Source: Octopus sinensis (lineage: Eukaryota). From it: a stretch of 64,000 nucleotides of DNA. The stretch is taken from contig NC_043002.1 in the NCBI RefSeq assembly GCF_006345805.1, forward strand, positions 13,330,001 to 13,394,000, given 5' to 3'. Positions within the stretch are counted from its first letter, which is position 1. Every line of letters starts with the position of its first letter. The notes beneath the pieces are model-generated. The model made no database searches and was not told where the DNA came from. It was given only the letters and a program-made list of their open reading frames with translations. Positions 22,916-35,464 of the stretch are shown one piece after another. A program made the translations under genes and the position numbers.

Positions 22916-23100
22916 CAATGCTTCGCAACTGGTATGCCGCGGCACACTGATGTGCCACGAGACGATGCTAGGTGTGCCACAGTGTACCCTGAATATAAAT
23001 TTCCCTCTATACTTTTAGTTATATTCTTAGTTCAGGTGTGCCGCCGAATTTTGAAAAGAATATAAGCGTGCCGCAAGTGAAAAAAGTTTGCGGGGCACTG
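22916..23100. mobile_element. hAT-Charlie-type MITE (185 bp)
   Basis: Termini CAATGCTTCGCAACT..TTTGCGGGGCACTG; 8-bp TSD GTCTAGAA/GTCAAGAA. Confidence 0.7.
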
Positions 23101-23109
23101 GTCAAGAAT

Positions 23110-23305
23110 AACGGTTTTAGATTTTGGTATAAGGCCAGTAATTTGTGGGGAAGGAGGAAGTCAATTTCAGCGGCCCCATTGTCCGATTGAAATCCTAAAA
23201 GGGCGAAAGGCAGAGTCAATCTCGGCGAAATTTGAACTCAGAGCGCGAAGATGGACGTAATGCCGCTAAGCATTTCGTCCGGCGTGCTAACCATTCTGAC
23301 AGCTC
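23110..23305 (-). mobile_element. SINE-A (decayed)
   Basis: CTCGGCGAAATTTGAACTCAG..GCCGCTAAGCATTTCGTCCGGCGTGCTAAC. Confidence 0.7.
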
Positions 23306-23423
23306 CCTAATACCTAATATAGCAGGCGCGGACCCAGGAATTTTTCGAAGGGAGAGCATAAAGTCAGAAGGGAATACAATTCCAGGAGAAAAAGGGGCGT
23401 AATAACATTATTCCCTTTACTCT

Positions 23424-23825
23424 CTTTACTCTTTTACTTGTTTCAGTCATTTGATTGCGGCCATGCTGGAGCACCGCCTTTAGTCGAGCAACTCGACCCG
23501 GGACTTATTCTTTTTGTAAGCCCAGTACTTATTCTATCGGTCTCTTTTTGCCGAACCGCTAAGTAACGGGGACATTAAACACACCAGCATCGGTAGTCAA
23601 GCAATGCTAGGGGGACAAACACAGACACACAACACACATATATATATATACATACATATATACGACGGGCATCTTTCAGTTTCCGTCTACCAAATCCACT
23701 CACAAGGCTTTGGTTGGCCCGAGGCTATAGCAGAAGACACTTGCCCAAGATGCCACGCAGTGGGACTGAACCCAGAACCATGTGGTTGGTTAGCAAGCTA
23801 CTTACCACACAGCCACTCCTGCGCC
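23424..23825 (-). mobile_element. SINE-B, full length
   Basis: Near-identical to 26188-26573. Confidence 0.85.
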
Positions 23826-24065
23826 TATTCATATCTCTATATTGAAAAGACGAGGCAAAATACAATAGACGACAAACACAAACTTTTTTGCAAGTATTTC
23901 AGTCAAAAGGAAAAAAAGAAAAAGCAAAATGAATAGATTTTTGCAACCGTGACTTCAATAAACAACACACATTCAATCACAACTGCAATTCCACATTTTA
24001 CACAACTAAGAAATGGTGAATCTGGGAGGTTTTTTACCGCACCATTCTATCTATCTATCTATCTA

Positions 24066-24116
<51 letters not shown>

Positions 24117-24122
<6 letters not shown>

Positions 24123-24420
24123 AATCCAAACGGGAAAACAAAAACAACAACAGTGGAACAATTACAGTATTATTATTAATAGGCCTCTCAGGAAATATGG
24201 AAGCAGGAAGGTATGACGTTTCGAGCGGAGCTCTTCGTCGGAAACATAAAGAAGAAGAGAGAGGAAAGAAAGATCCCAAAGCGGGCAACAGGAGATGGAG
24301 AAAAAACAACTGGTGTTTACGAAGTACACATGGTGAAAGGCGGAAGTTTACGATAACAAGAGCAAAGTAGGTTTTTAAGGCCAAAAGAGTGGAGACAGGG
24401 TTGGTACGCAACAGATGTGT
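24117..24420 (-). mobile_element. PLE terminal element with a mutated hammerhead core (CCGACGA)
   Basis: ACGTTTCGAGCGGAGCTCTTCGTC shared with 9935-9958. Confidence 0.55.
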
Positions 24421-24949
24421 GTGTATGTGTGAGTGTGTGCGTGTGCGTGTGTGTATGTGTGTGTGAGGCGAGATAAAAAAACAAAAAATATATGTATGTG
24501 TTAGTGTGTGCGTCTGTGTGTAGGCGTGTGAGGTAGGGCGAGACAGTAGTAGGCATAGCAGACAGTGGTCAGTAGTAAGAAAATGAAGGAAGGAGGAAGG
24601 GAGGGAGGGGAAGGGGTGGGGGAGTATGTGGCGTGCCAGCGTGTGTTGAGTAGTAGTGTGTGTGTGTGTCCAGTGTCGTGGTAGTATTAATGGCGAGTAG
24701 ATTGAATGTGTGTAAGAGTAATGTATATATTTAAGCAATGTGTGTGTGTGAGTGGGTGTGTATATGTGTGCGCGTGTGTGTAACAAAAAAAGGGGGAGTT
24801 AAGGAAAAAGGACTCCAGCTGAGGGGAAGATGGAAGAGTGGTCCCGCGGAGAAGGGCGTGGGAGAACCCAACGACAAGCGACGGTCCGAGGAACGAGCGG
24901 GAGGTCTCGTCGGGTCCAAGAGCGAGGTGCATGCAGCGCGTATGCGTGC

Positions 24950-25850
24950 GCGAACCGGCGCAAGCGTGTGTGTGCGCGCGCCTGCGAGTATGCGCGTAAG
25001 TATGTATGTGTGTGGATGTGTGAGTGTGTCTGTGTGTATGTTTGGGTGCCAGTGTGTCCGATGAATGTATGTAGGTGTGTAGGCGTGTGTGTATAGGTGT
25101 ATGTATGTAAGTATGTATGGGTGTGTCCGTGTATGTGTGTGTATGTATGTGTGTGTATGTAGGTGTGTGGGCGTGTGTATATAGGTGTATGTATGTATGT
25201 CTGCGTGTGTCCGTGTATGTTTGTGTGTGTGTGTATGCATGTGTATGTAGGTGTGTGTGTACGTGTGTAATGTATGTGTGTATGCGTGTGTGTGCGTGTG
25301 TATGCGTGCATGTGTGTATGTAGGTGCGTATGTATGTGTGTGGGAGTGTAGGTGTGTGTGTGCGTGTGCGTGTTTATGTTGGTGTGTGCGTATGTGAGTG
25401 TGAGTGTATGGGTGTTTGTTATGCATGTGTGTGCGCGTGCAGGCGAGTGTGTGTGTAAGTATGTGTGTGTGTATGTTTGTGTGAGTGTGTATGTGTGTAT
25501 GTCTGTGTGTATGTATGTGCGTATAGGAGTATGTAGGTATGTGTGTGTGTATGTGTATGGGTGTATGTATGTATGTGTGTGTGTGTGCATGTGTATAAGT
25601 ATATGTGTGTGTGCGTATGTGTGTGTATGTGTATGTGTGTGTGTTTATGTATGTGTGTATGTATGTGTGTAGGCGTGTGTGTGTAGATGTATGTATGTAT
25701 GGGTGTGTGTCTGTGTGTGTTTGTGTGTGTGTGTAGGTAGGTGTGTGTGTCTGAGTGAGGGTATGGCTGTGTAGGTGTGTGTGTGTGTATGAATGTAAGT
25801 ATATATATATAAAGTGAGAGAAATATATATATGAATATATATATAAAAAG
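24950..25850. repeat. (TG/TA)-rich low-complexity tract
   Basis: Directly visible; source of the His/Thr/Val/Cys ORFs. Confidence 0.95.
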
Positions 25851-26000
25851 CGAGAGAAAGTTGTGGCGAAAGAGTACAGCAGGGATCGCCAACCCCTGCC
25901 GGAGCCTGTGGAGCTTTGGGAATTTTCGGTCAATAAACACTCACAACGCCCGGTCTGGGAATCGAAAGCAACGCGAGTCCGCTGCCCTAACCACTGGGCT
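25845..26000 (-). mobile_element. SINE-D
   Basis: Reverse complement of 22100-22290. Confidence 0.7.
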
Positions 26001-26187
26001 ATTGGATGCTGTTTCAGCAGCTTTTACAACAATCACCAAGGCACATTTTCGTAAAGTATCACACAGGATATGGCACCGCATCATTTTGTGCCACGAAAAT
26101 GATGGTGTTCACACAGACCTTCTCGATGTGTGAATCTACTAAACCCAGTGTATGTGTTTCATGGACTTACGCCCAGCTTTGTATACT

Positions 26188-26573
26188 CCTTACTCTTTAC
26201 TCTTTTACTTGTTTCAGTCATTTGACTGCGGCCATGCTGGAGCACCGCCTTTAGTCGACCAAATCGAGCCCGGGACTTATTCTTTGTAAGCCCAGTACTT
26301 ATTCTATCGGTCTCTTTTGCCAAACCGCTAAGTAACGGGGACGTAAACATACCAGCATCGGTTGTCAAGCAATGCTAGGGGGACAAACACAGACACACAA
26401 ACACATACATACATACATATATATACATATATACGACGGGCTGCTTTCAGTTTCCGTCTACCAAATCCACTCACAAGGCATTGGTCGGCCCGAGGCTATA
26501 GCAGAAGACACTTGCCCAAGGTGCCACGCAGTGGGGCTGAACCCGGAACCATGTGGTTGGTTAGCAAGCTACT
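26188..26573 (-). mobile_element. SINE-B
   Basis: Family match. Confidence 0.85.
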
Positions 26574-26784
26574 TCCTCTGTTTTTATTTCTCTTCTGAGT
26601 ATTGTATAGGGTGGTGCTATACAATACTCAATTATTTTTATCAAAAAAATTAAAAGTTACGATAAAAGTATTATAATTGAGTACCAGTTATATACAGGGG
26701 TCGATCTAATCGGCTGCCCCCTCCCCCAAACTTTCGGACCTTGTGCCTAGAGTAGAAAAGAATAATTATCAGTTTCTGTCTGTC

Positions 26785-26934
26785 TGTCTGAGTAGCTGTG
26801 TGGTAATTAGCTTGCTTACCAACTACATAATTCCCGGTTCAATCACACTGGGTGGCACCTTGGGCAAGTGTCTTCTTCTATAGCCTCGGCCCGACCAAAG
26901 CCTTGTGAGTGGATCTGGTAGACAGAAACTAGTC

Positions 26935-27026
<92 letters not shown>

Positions 27027-27345
27027 GCATGTATGTATGTATGTATGTATGTATGTATGTAGGTATGTATGTATGTATGTATGTATGTATGTAGGTATGT
27101 ATGTATGTATATGTATGTATGTATGTATGTGTATATGTTTGTGTGTCTGTGTTTGTCACCCCAGCATCGCTTGAAAACCGATGCTGGTGTGTTTACGTCC
27201 CCATAACTTAGCGATTCGGCAAAAGTGACATATAGAATAAGTACTAGGCTTGCAAAGAATATGTCCTGGGGTCGATTTGCTCGACTAAAGGTGGTGCTCC
27301 AGCATGGCCGCAGTCAAATGACTGAAACAAGTAAAAGACAGTAAA
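26785..27345 (+). mobile_element. SINE-B with ~215-bp expanded internal microsatellite
   Basis: Family match either side of (TA)n(TATG)n. Confidence 0.85.
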
Positions 27346-27354
27346 AGAGAGATA

Positions 27355-27960
27355 TATAGGGAGGTTTCACAAAAAAACCCCAAAAGACGAAGACAGGTGG
27401 TGTAGACAACAAACAGATATATTAGCTTAACTCTCGGGAAGTGAAAAATTCTTTAACGTTTCGAGCCTATGCTCTTCTACATAAAGGAACACAGAAAGAA
27501 ATAAGGAGAGAAAAAGAATGTGTAGTGGCTAGCGATCTATCATGGCGAATGACGGACAGAGGGGTCACACAGGAGAGCTAGGAAGAAGGGGAGATAATAA
27601 AGTAGTGGTGATCCCAAAACGAAGGTGCGCGTGCGTGTGTATAAGGGAGTATATATGTGCGTGTGGTAGAGGGCTGGTGACCCTGACGTGTGCATGTGTG
27701 TATGTGCGGCCGGGAAGTGGTGACTACTAGTGTGTGCGTGGTGATGTGATGTTATGTGGTGTTGTGTGGTATGGTGGTGTACGGTGTAGTAGTGTGTGGT
27801 GTAGTGTGATGGTGTTGGGAGGAAGGGGAGGCCAGAGTGGGGAAAGCAAGGGTGGGGTGTGAGTTAAGCTGAGGGTTCGGGTAGAAGCGGTGTATGTGGG
27901 TAGGGTGAGGGTGGGGTAGAGATGGGGTATGTGGGAATGGGTGTAAGGATGGGGTTGGGT
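27355..27960 (-). mobile_element. PLE terminal element with a decayed hammerhead (ATGTAGA core)
   Basis: Minus strand CCTTT-ATGTAGA-A-GAGC(ATAG)GCTC-GAAAC-GTT-AAAG at 27449-27490. Confidence 0.45.
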
Positions 27961-28926
27961 TACGAAGGAGGGATACATACATACATACATACAAACATAT
28001 ATATATATATATATCTCTTATTATAAAAGGCAGATTTTATCTGCCTCCCTTTGTATCTTATAGAAATCTACAATATAGGATTTCTTCAATTACAATTTAC
28101 CTAGCATTTTTAAGAGTAGAATGCATCGGGTCGTGCCAGGTCCAGTTTTTAAATTTTCAACCCCAATTAAGCAAAATTTAGAGAAAACTCACATTCTGGT
28201 GTGTATGTCAAATGCTTCTCTTAGTGTGGGATACAGCACACGCATACGCACACACGCTATCACCCTAATTTCTCCTTTCTCTTTGCAAGTCTACCTTACA
28301 ACACTACTCAAAAAAAAAAAGAGAGCAGCAAACAGAAACAAATAAATACATAACGATTTACTCCTCACACAATTTCTTCAATTAGACTTTACCTATGATT
28401 TTTCAAAGAACTTCCATTGGGTCATGCCATACAAAATTTCTTTCAATTTCACCCCCAATTAAGACAAAATTCGAGAAAACTCAATATTTTAACATTTAAC
28501 TTTGAAGCCTTTACTCTGCCTATTACTCCCACTTCCTCTTTAGACACATAGACACGCTAATATATACGACAGTGTCAATTGTTGACAGACATTGTAAGCT
28601 AACGTGTGTGTGTGTGTGCGTGCGTGTGTGTCTCTGTGTGTGTGTGTGTATGTGTGCGCGTGTGTGTGAGGGTGCGTGTGTGTGTGTGACAGGGATGACC
28701 CATTCAGAGTGGTCATCCTTTTTGCTAGAAGATCACCTATGCTACACCACTGGTGTTCAGTTCATATTAATCAAATTAATATTCACAAGAAGGACTATTC
28801 ATTATAATACATCAGTTCCATCGGACAACTGCACAAACATTTGCCATTTTACACATGTATGTAAACAAATTCCTTTCTTTTAGAATTTCAATTCATTTTC
28901 TTTTTCAATTTATACAAAGTTATTTA

Positions 28927-30085
28927 GGACGAATATAACATCTAAAGTTATCTCTAAGAAGCAGAAAGATCGCCCAAAAGTGTATATAGATATTTAAATG
29001 TATTTATATATTTATCTATGCACACATGTATGTATAACGTGTGTGTATATATTTCCATAGAGGTAACCATTCACTCCATACAAAGTTTTTAGGACGAATA
29101 TAAGATCTAAAGCTATCTCTAAGAAACAGGAAGATCGCCCAAAAGTGTATATAGATATTTAAATGTATTTATATATTCATCTATACACACATGTATCTAT
29201 AATGTGTGTGTATATATTTCCATAGAGGTAGCCATTCACTCCGCACAAAGTTTTTTAGGACGAAAATAACATCTAAAGTTATCTCTAAGAAGCAGAAAGA
29301 TCGCCCAAAAGTGTATATAGATATTTAAATGTATTTATATATTCATCTATGCACACATGTATGTATAACGTGTGTGTATATATTTCCATAGAGGTAAGCA
29401 TTCACTCCATACAAAGTTTTTTAGGACGAAAATAAGATCTAAAGTTATCTCTAAGAAGCAGAAAGATCGCCCAAAAGTGTATATAGATATTTAAATGTAT
29501 TTATATATTCATCTATACACACATGTATGTATAATGTGTGTGTATATATTCCATAGAGGTAACCATTCACTCCATACAAAGTTTTTTAGGACGAATATAA
29601 GATCTAAAGCTATCTCTAAGAAACAGGAAGATCGCCCAAAAGTGTATATAGATATTTAAATGTATTTATATATTCATCTATACACACATGTATCTATAAT
29701 GTGTGTGTATATATTTCCATAGAGGTAGCCATTCACTCCGCACAAAGTTTTTTAGGACGAAAATAACATCTAAAGTTATCTCTAAGAAGCAGAAAGATCG
29801 CCCAAAAGTGTATATAGATATTAAATGTATTTATATATTCATCTATGCACACATGTATGTATAACGTGTGTGTATATATTTCCATAGAGGTAAGCATTCA
29901 CTCCATACAAAGTTTTTTAGGACGAAAATAAGATCTAAAGTTATCTCTAAGAAGCAGAAAGATCGCCCAAAAGTGTATATAGATATTTAAATGTATTTAT
30001 ATATTCATCTATACACACATGTATGTATAATGTGTGTGTATATATTTCCATAGAGGTAACCATTCACTCCATACAAAGTTTTTTA
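28927..30085. repeat. 7 x ~166-bp tandem array inside Helitron copy 1
   Basis: GGACGAA at 28927, 29092, 29258, 29424, 29589, 29755, 29920, 30086. Confidence 0.95.
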
Positions 30086-30342
30086 GGACGAAAATCTTTA
30101 TATATAAAAGAAAGGTTGTGTGTCTGTCTACTCCGATTTAGATTCCTAACTACTCCCACATTTTGCGATGCAGTTTAACCAAAACCGAGTATCTTATAGT
30201 CGTGATTCATATCGAGCCCTTCTGTGTATTAGCGCGCGTCTACGATGAGTCTACGATTTTACAAATAATTTACCATCATTTTTTCCCATTTTAATGCATT
30301 TTTTTTAAATTAAGGGAAGTAACTCTCAAACTTCACACCAAT

Positions 30343-30864
30343 ATGCGTGCTCATATGCGATGTAATATCACATCAGTAGCATTTCCTCACACCCTCATTG
30401 CACTTGGCGAAGGCAAAATACCAGGGGATGAAAATGGTAATATTGCCATCGATTCCATTTGTACCATTGTTAAGACGCCTTCTGATCTCAGAGATGCAGT
30501 GTTCCCAGATCTACAAGTTAATTATCAGAATATGGATTGGATTGGCAAAAAGGCTATACTGGCCCCAAGGAATAAAACTGTTCACCATATTAATGATGAA
30601 ATGCTAAAACTCATTCCTGGGCAAGTCTATGTATGTCAGTCTATCGATACAACTCCTGACCCAGAGGACGTCATCAACTATCCAATAGAGGTACTCAATT
30701 CCTTTGAGCACCCCGGACTACTACCACACATTCTCAAACTTAAAGTTGGTGCCCCTATAATGCTCATCAGAAATTTGGTTCCCCCAAAACAATGCAATGG
30801 CACACGTTTGATCGTTAAGTCCTTATCTCCCAGCGTAAACTTATATCAATATTTGCCTGAATAA
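30343..30864 (+). pseudogene. Helitron PIF1-like helicase internal fragment (173 codons open)
   Basis: KAILAPRN..V..IN; YPIEVLNS....GL.PH.L.LKVGAPIMLIRNL.P....NGTRL; lacks Rep domain, Walker A and C-terminus. Confidence 0.9.
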
Positions 30865-31415
30865 TCATCATCATTCAGTGCAATCATTAACAGTACTTTC
30901 AAGTAATTCAGCCCCGAGCAACGCCGGGCAATTCTGCTAGTCTTATTATAAAAGCAGATTTTATCTGCTTCCCTTTGTCTCTTATAGAAATCTACAATAT
31001 AGGATTTCTTCGATTACAATTTACCTAGCATTTTTAAGAGTAGAATGCATTGGGTCGTGTCAGGTCCAGTTTTTAACATTTCAACTACAATTAAGCAAAA
31101 TTTAGAGAAAACTCACATTGTGGTGTATAAGTCAAATGCTTTTCTTAGTGTGGGCTACAGCACACGCACACGCACACACACAGTGTGCAACGATTAAAGT
31201 GAAAGTAATTCACTTTTTGTAGTGAGTGACTCTTTCACTCTGCATTCTCACTTCCTCTTTACACACATAGACACGCAAATATATAAATAAAATTGTAAGC
31301 TAACGTGTGTGTGTGTGTGTGTGTGTGAGTGTGTGTGTGTGTGCGTGTGTGTGTGAGGGTGCGTGTGTGTGTGTGTGTGTGCGTGTGCGTGAGTGTGTGA
31401 CAGGAAAGTTTTTTA

Positions 31416-32076
31416 GGACGAATATAAGACCTAAAGTATATCCAAGTAGCCGAAAGATCGCCCAAAAGTGTATATAGATATTTAAATGTATTTATATATT
31501 CATCTATACACAGATGTATGTATAATGTGTGTGTATATATTTCCATAGAGGTAACCTTTCACTCCATACAAAGTTTTTTAGGACGAATATAAGATCTAAG
31601 TATATACAAGTAGCAGAAAGATCGCCCAAAAGTGTATATAGATATTTAAATGTATTTATATATTCATCTATACACAGATGTATGTATAATGTGTGTGTAT
31701 ATATTTCCATAGACGTAACCATTCACTCCGCACAAAGTTTTTTAGGACGAATATAAGATCTAAAGTTATCTCTAAGTAGCACAAAGATCGCCCAAAAGTG
31801 TATATAGATATATAAATGTATTTATATATTCATCTATGCACACATGTATGTATAACGTGTGTGTATATATTTCCATAGAGGTAACCATTCACTCCATACA
31901 AAGTTTTTTAGGACGAAAATAAGATCTAAAGTCATCTCTAAGAAACAGAAAGATCGCCCAAAAGTGTATATAGATATTTAAATGTATTTATATATTCATC
32001 TATACACACATGTATGTATAATGTGCGTGTATATATTTCCATAGAGGTAACCATTCAATCCATACAAAGTTTTTTA
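31416..32076. repeat. 4 x ~165-bp tandem array inside Helitron copy 2
   Basis: GGACGAA at 31416, 31581, 31745, 31911, 32077. Confidence 0.95.
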
Positions 32077-32332
32077 GGACGAAAATCTTTATATATAAAA
32101 GAAAGGTTGTGTGTCTGTCTACTCCGATTTAGATTCCTAACTACTCCCACATTTTGCAATGCAGTTTAACCAAAACCGAGTATCTTATAGTCGTGATTCA
32201 TATCGAGCCCTTCTGTGTATTAGCGCGCGTCTACGATGAGTCTACGATTTTACAAATAATTTACCATCATTTTTTTCCATTTTAATGCATATTTTTTAAT
32301 AAAGGGAAGTAACTCTCAAACTTCACACCAAT

Positions 32333-32854
32333 ATGCGTGCTCATATGCGACGTAATATCACATCAGCAGCATCTCCTCACACCCTCCTTGCACTTGGCGA
32401 AGGCAAAATACCAGGGGATGAAAATGGTAATATTGCCATCGATTCCACTTGTACCATTGTTAAGACGCCTTCTGATCTCAGAGATGCAGTGTTCCCAGAT
32501 CTACAAGTTAATTATCAGAATATGGATTGGATTGGCAAAAAGGTTATACTGGCCCCGAGGAATAAAACTGTTCACCATATTAATGATGAAATGCTAAAAC
32601 TCATTCCTGGGGAAGTCTTTGTATATCAGTCTATCGATACAACTCCTGACCCAGAGGGCGTCATCAACTATCCAATAGAGGTACTCAATTCCTTTGAGCA
32701 CCCCGGACTACTACCACACATTCTCAAACTTAAAGTTGGTGCCCCTATAATGCTCATCAGAAATTTGGTTCCCCCAAAACAATGCAATGGCACACGTTTG
32801 ATCGTTAAGTCCTTATCTCCCAGCGTAAACTTATATCAATATTTGCCTGAATAA
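32333..32854 (+). pseudogene. Helitron PIF1-like helicase fragment, copy 2
   Basis: Same 173-codon frame; 10 aa differences from copy 1. Confidence 0.9.
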
Positions 32855-33329
32855 TCATCATAATTCAGTGCAATCATTAACAGTACTTTCAAGCAATTCA
32901 GCCCCGAGCAACGCCGGGCAATTCTGCTAGTATATATATATATATATAAAATAAACGACAGCCACAAGCACTTTTGCAAGTATTGCAGTCAAAAGGAAAA
33001 ACAGCAAAATAAATAGGTTTTTGCAACCGCAACTTCAATAAATAACACACACTCAACCACAACTTTAATGCCTGTCATCTTTTATGGCTTCATTCCCTCA
33101 CACGCCAGTTTAATTTAATTCATCCTCAGTTGAAAGACAACTGTTGTTTGCATTGGTATTTGTGAACCATTTCTCCTTTATTCCCGTTCTTGTTTTCGTA
33201 TACATTCGCTGCTGTCTTCCAAGGAATCTAGTGTTCTTAGCTAAGATTTTCCTTGGGGCTGGCCAGATTGGGGCAGTCTCGAGTTTCACCAGCCGAAACT
33301 GCAAAGATTATCTGGAACTCAACTGAGCA

Positions 33330-34150
33330 TTGATTGTTGCATTAGGTGGTAACAATTTAAAATGAAGTGAATTACTCCTTTGCAATCCTACCAGATAGAG
33401 AGAAGTACCTTTTCCCCTTGAAGTTCCCTTCTCGGTTGTGGTTGAGCTTTTTCCCTTTTACCAAGCCACTGTTTACGACGTTTAACATTTCGATAGAAGA
33501 TCGATTTTTATCGTCACCAGTCAAAAGTTTATCCAAGAAGGGTGAATGAGTTCGCGAGAATGGAGAGAAGAGCAGATGTCAACTCGGGATTTGCGGTTGC
33601 TTTTGGACAATTCATGAGATACCTATTTTCCAAATTTAGGAACCTTTCCAAGTTTTTGAAGATGACGATGAACAGTTGAATAGTTTGAACCAAACTTTGC
33701 CAATTCTTCAACTGATAATGTAGGATTTTCTTCAAGTAATGCCTCAAGGAGCTTATCAAACTCAACTGGACATCCTGTTCGATCTTCATCTTCAAGGCTG
33801 AAATCTGCACTTCTGAATTTTGCAAACCATCTTCTGCAAGTTCTTTCATTCAAGCATTCTTTCCCATAAACTGAGGGTATGTTACGAGTCGCTTCGGCTG
33901 CAGAATTTCCTTTTTTTGTACTCATAAAGCATTATGTGCCTCAAACGCTCTTTGGATACTTCCATGTAAGAAAGTGTTTTAATCAAAAAAAATTTAATTC
34001 TATTACTCTGTAAAATAATATTTACTTAGCTTAAATGTACACAAATGCATAAAAATATTTTTTAATTCCATTAGACATTCTAAAATCCTATTAAATCTCA
34101 TTCAATTTTTTTAAAATGTAAACTCGGACAGAACTTATGGGATGACCTGA
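33330..34150 (-). mobile_element. mariner element, 5' part (TIR plus frameshifted transposase)
   Basis: TA|TCAGGTCATCCCATAAGTTCTGTCCG TIR; KGNSAAEATRNI..YG..ERTCRRWFAKFRS.DFSLEDEDR.G.P; VSHELS; LLTGDD; truncated before the last catalytic Asp. Confidence 0.85.
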
Positions 34151-34267
34151 TATATATATATAATTTAAAATGAGGGTGAGAAATTAGATATTAATTTAAT
34201 TAACATCGATTTCACACCAGTGGTCTCGCATATAAAAAAAACTGAAGGCTCAGTAAAATTGCATTAT

Positions 34268-34482
34268 ATACATATTAGAGGGAAACCACTATGTGGACAC
34301 CCTTATGCTAGAAATAGATCCGCTGTGGTCTTACCACTAAGAAATGTTCTCAAGAAAAAAATTAGCAAAACGTTTTGTTTGTTTTGCTAAATTTTCTTTA
34401 GAACATTTCTTAGTGGTAAGACCATAGCGGATCTATTTCTAGCATAAGGGTGTCCACATAGTGGTTTCCCACTAATATGTAT
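34268..34482. mobile_element. near-perfect 215-bp palindromic MITE in a TA-rich site
   Basis: ATACATATTAGAGGGAAACCACTATGTGGACACCC.. / ..GGGTGTCCACATAGTGGTTTCCCACTAATATGTAT. Confidence 0.8.
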
Positions 34483-34897
34483 GTATATATATACTAAGTC
34501 TGATGTTTGTCTCTCTTACAGAAGGCCATTGCGTCGCCACCACCACCACCACCACCACCGCCATCGACACTACTACACCAACCACACAAAGACTAGTATC
34601 TAATACTACATCTTCAAATCACTTAACACCACTTCCCACCGCTGTGACCTACTATTGTATTACTACTGTTGTTTTCTATTACTCCTCCTACAACCGCAAG
34701 TACTATTACCAATAACACTGCCGCTGCTACTGTTGTTGCTGTTGTTGTTGTAGCTACCAAGCGGATGTTTGTAATTATGTTATGTTACATGTTCAAGGCT
34801 ATGCAAAGAAAACAAACAACTTGGATTTTTTATCCACGTGGTTAGCGAGCCAAAAAAAATAAGAGATACTACTAACTTAACCGATTACACTCTTTTA

Positions 34898-35121
34898 ATC
34901 TCTTTACTTGTTTCAGTCATTTGACTGCGGCCATGCTGGAGCACGGCCTTTTTTCAGTCGACCAAATCGATCCCAGGACGTATTCTTAGTAAGTCCAATA
35001 CTTATTCTACCGGTCTCTTCTGTCGAAACGCTAGGTTACGGGGAAGCAAATACACCAGTATCGGTTGTCAAGCGCTGTTGGGGGGACAAACACAGACACA
35101 CACGCACACACACACACACAC

Positions 35122-35207
<86 letters not shown>

Positions 35208-35365
35208 TATATATATATATACAAACACATACATATTAAGGACGGGCTTCTTTCAGTTTTCGTCTATCAAATCCACTCACAAGGTTTTGGTCAGCACGAA
35301 GCTATAGTAGAAGACATTTGTCCAAGGTGCCACGCAGTGGGACTGAACCCGGAACCATGTGGGTG
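34898..35365 (-). mobile_element. SINE-B with long (CA)n
   Basis: Family match. Confidence 0.85.
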
Positions 35366-35464
35366 TCATTGCTTTTTGTTTCTTACTTTCGTTTTTTTTG
35401 TTTTGTTTTATTGAAATTTACCAAAACTACAACAGTCAAATGCGTATCTTACCTATTTAGCTAG

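Larger units (their letters stand above)
28014..30940 (+). mobile_element. composite Helitron, copy 1
   Basis: 5' TC after (TA)n; second 5'-type end TCTTTATATATAAAA at 30095; 3' hairpin CCCGAGCAACGCCGGG plus CTAG at 30940. Confidence 0.85.
30941..32930 (+). mobile_element. composite Helitron, copy 2 (head-to-tail with copy 1)
   Basis: Junction CTAG|TCTTATT at 30940/30941; internal 5'-type end at 32086; CTAG|T at 32930. Confidence 0.85.

Noticed and set aside
33110-33330. 64-aa minus ORF next to the mariner
   Set aside because: No recognisable motif; short.
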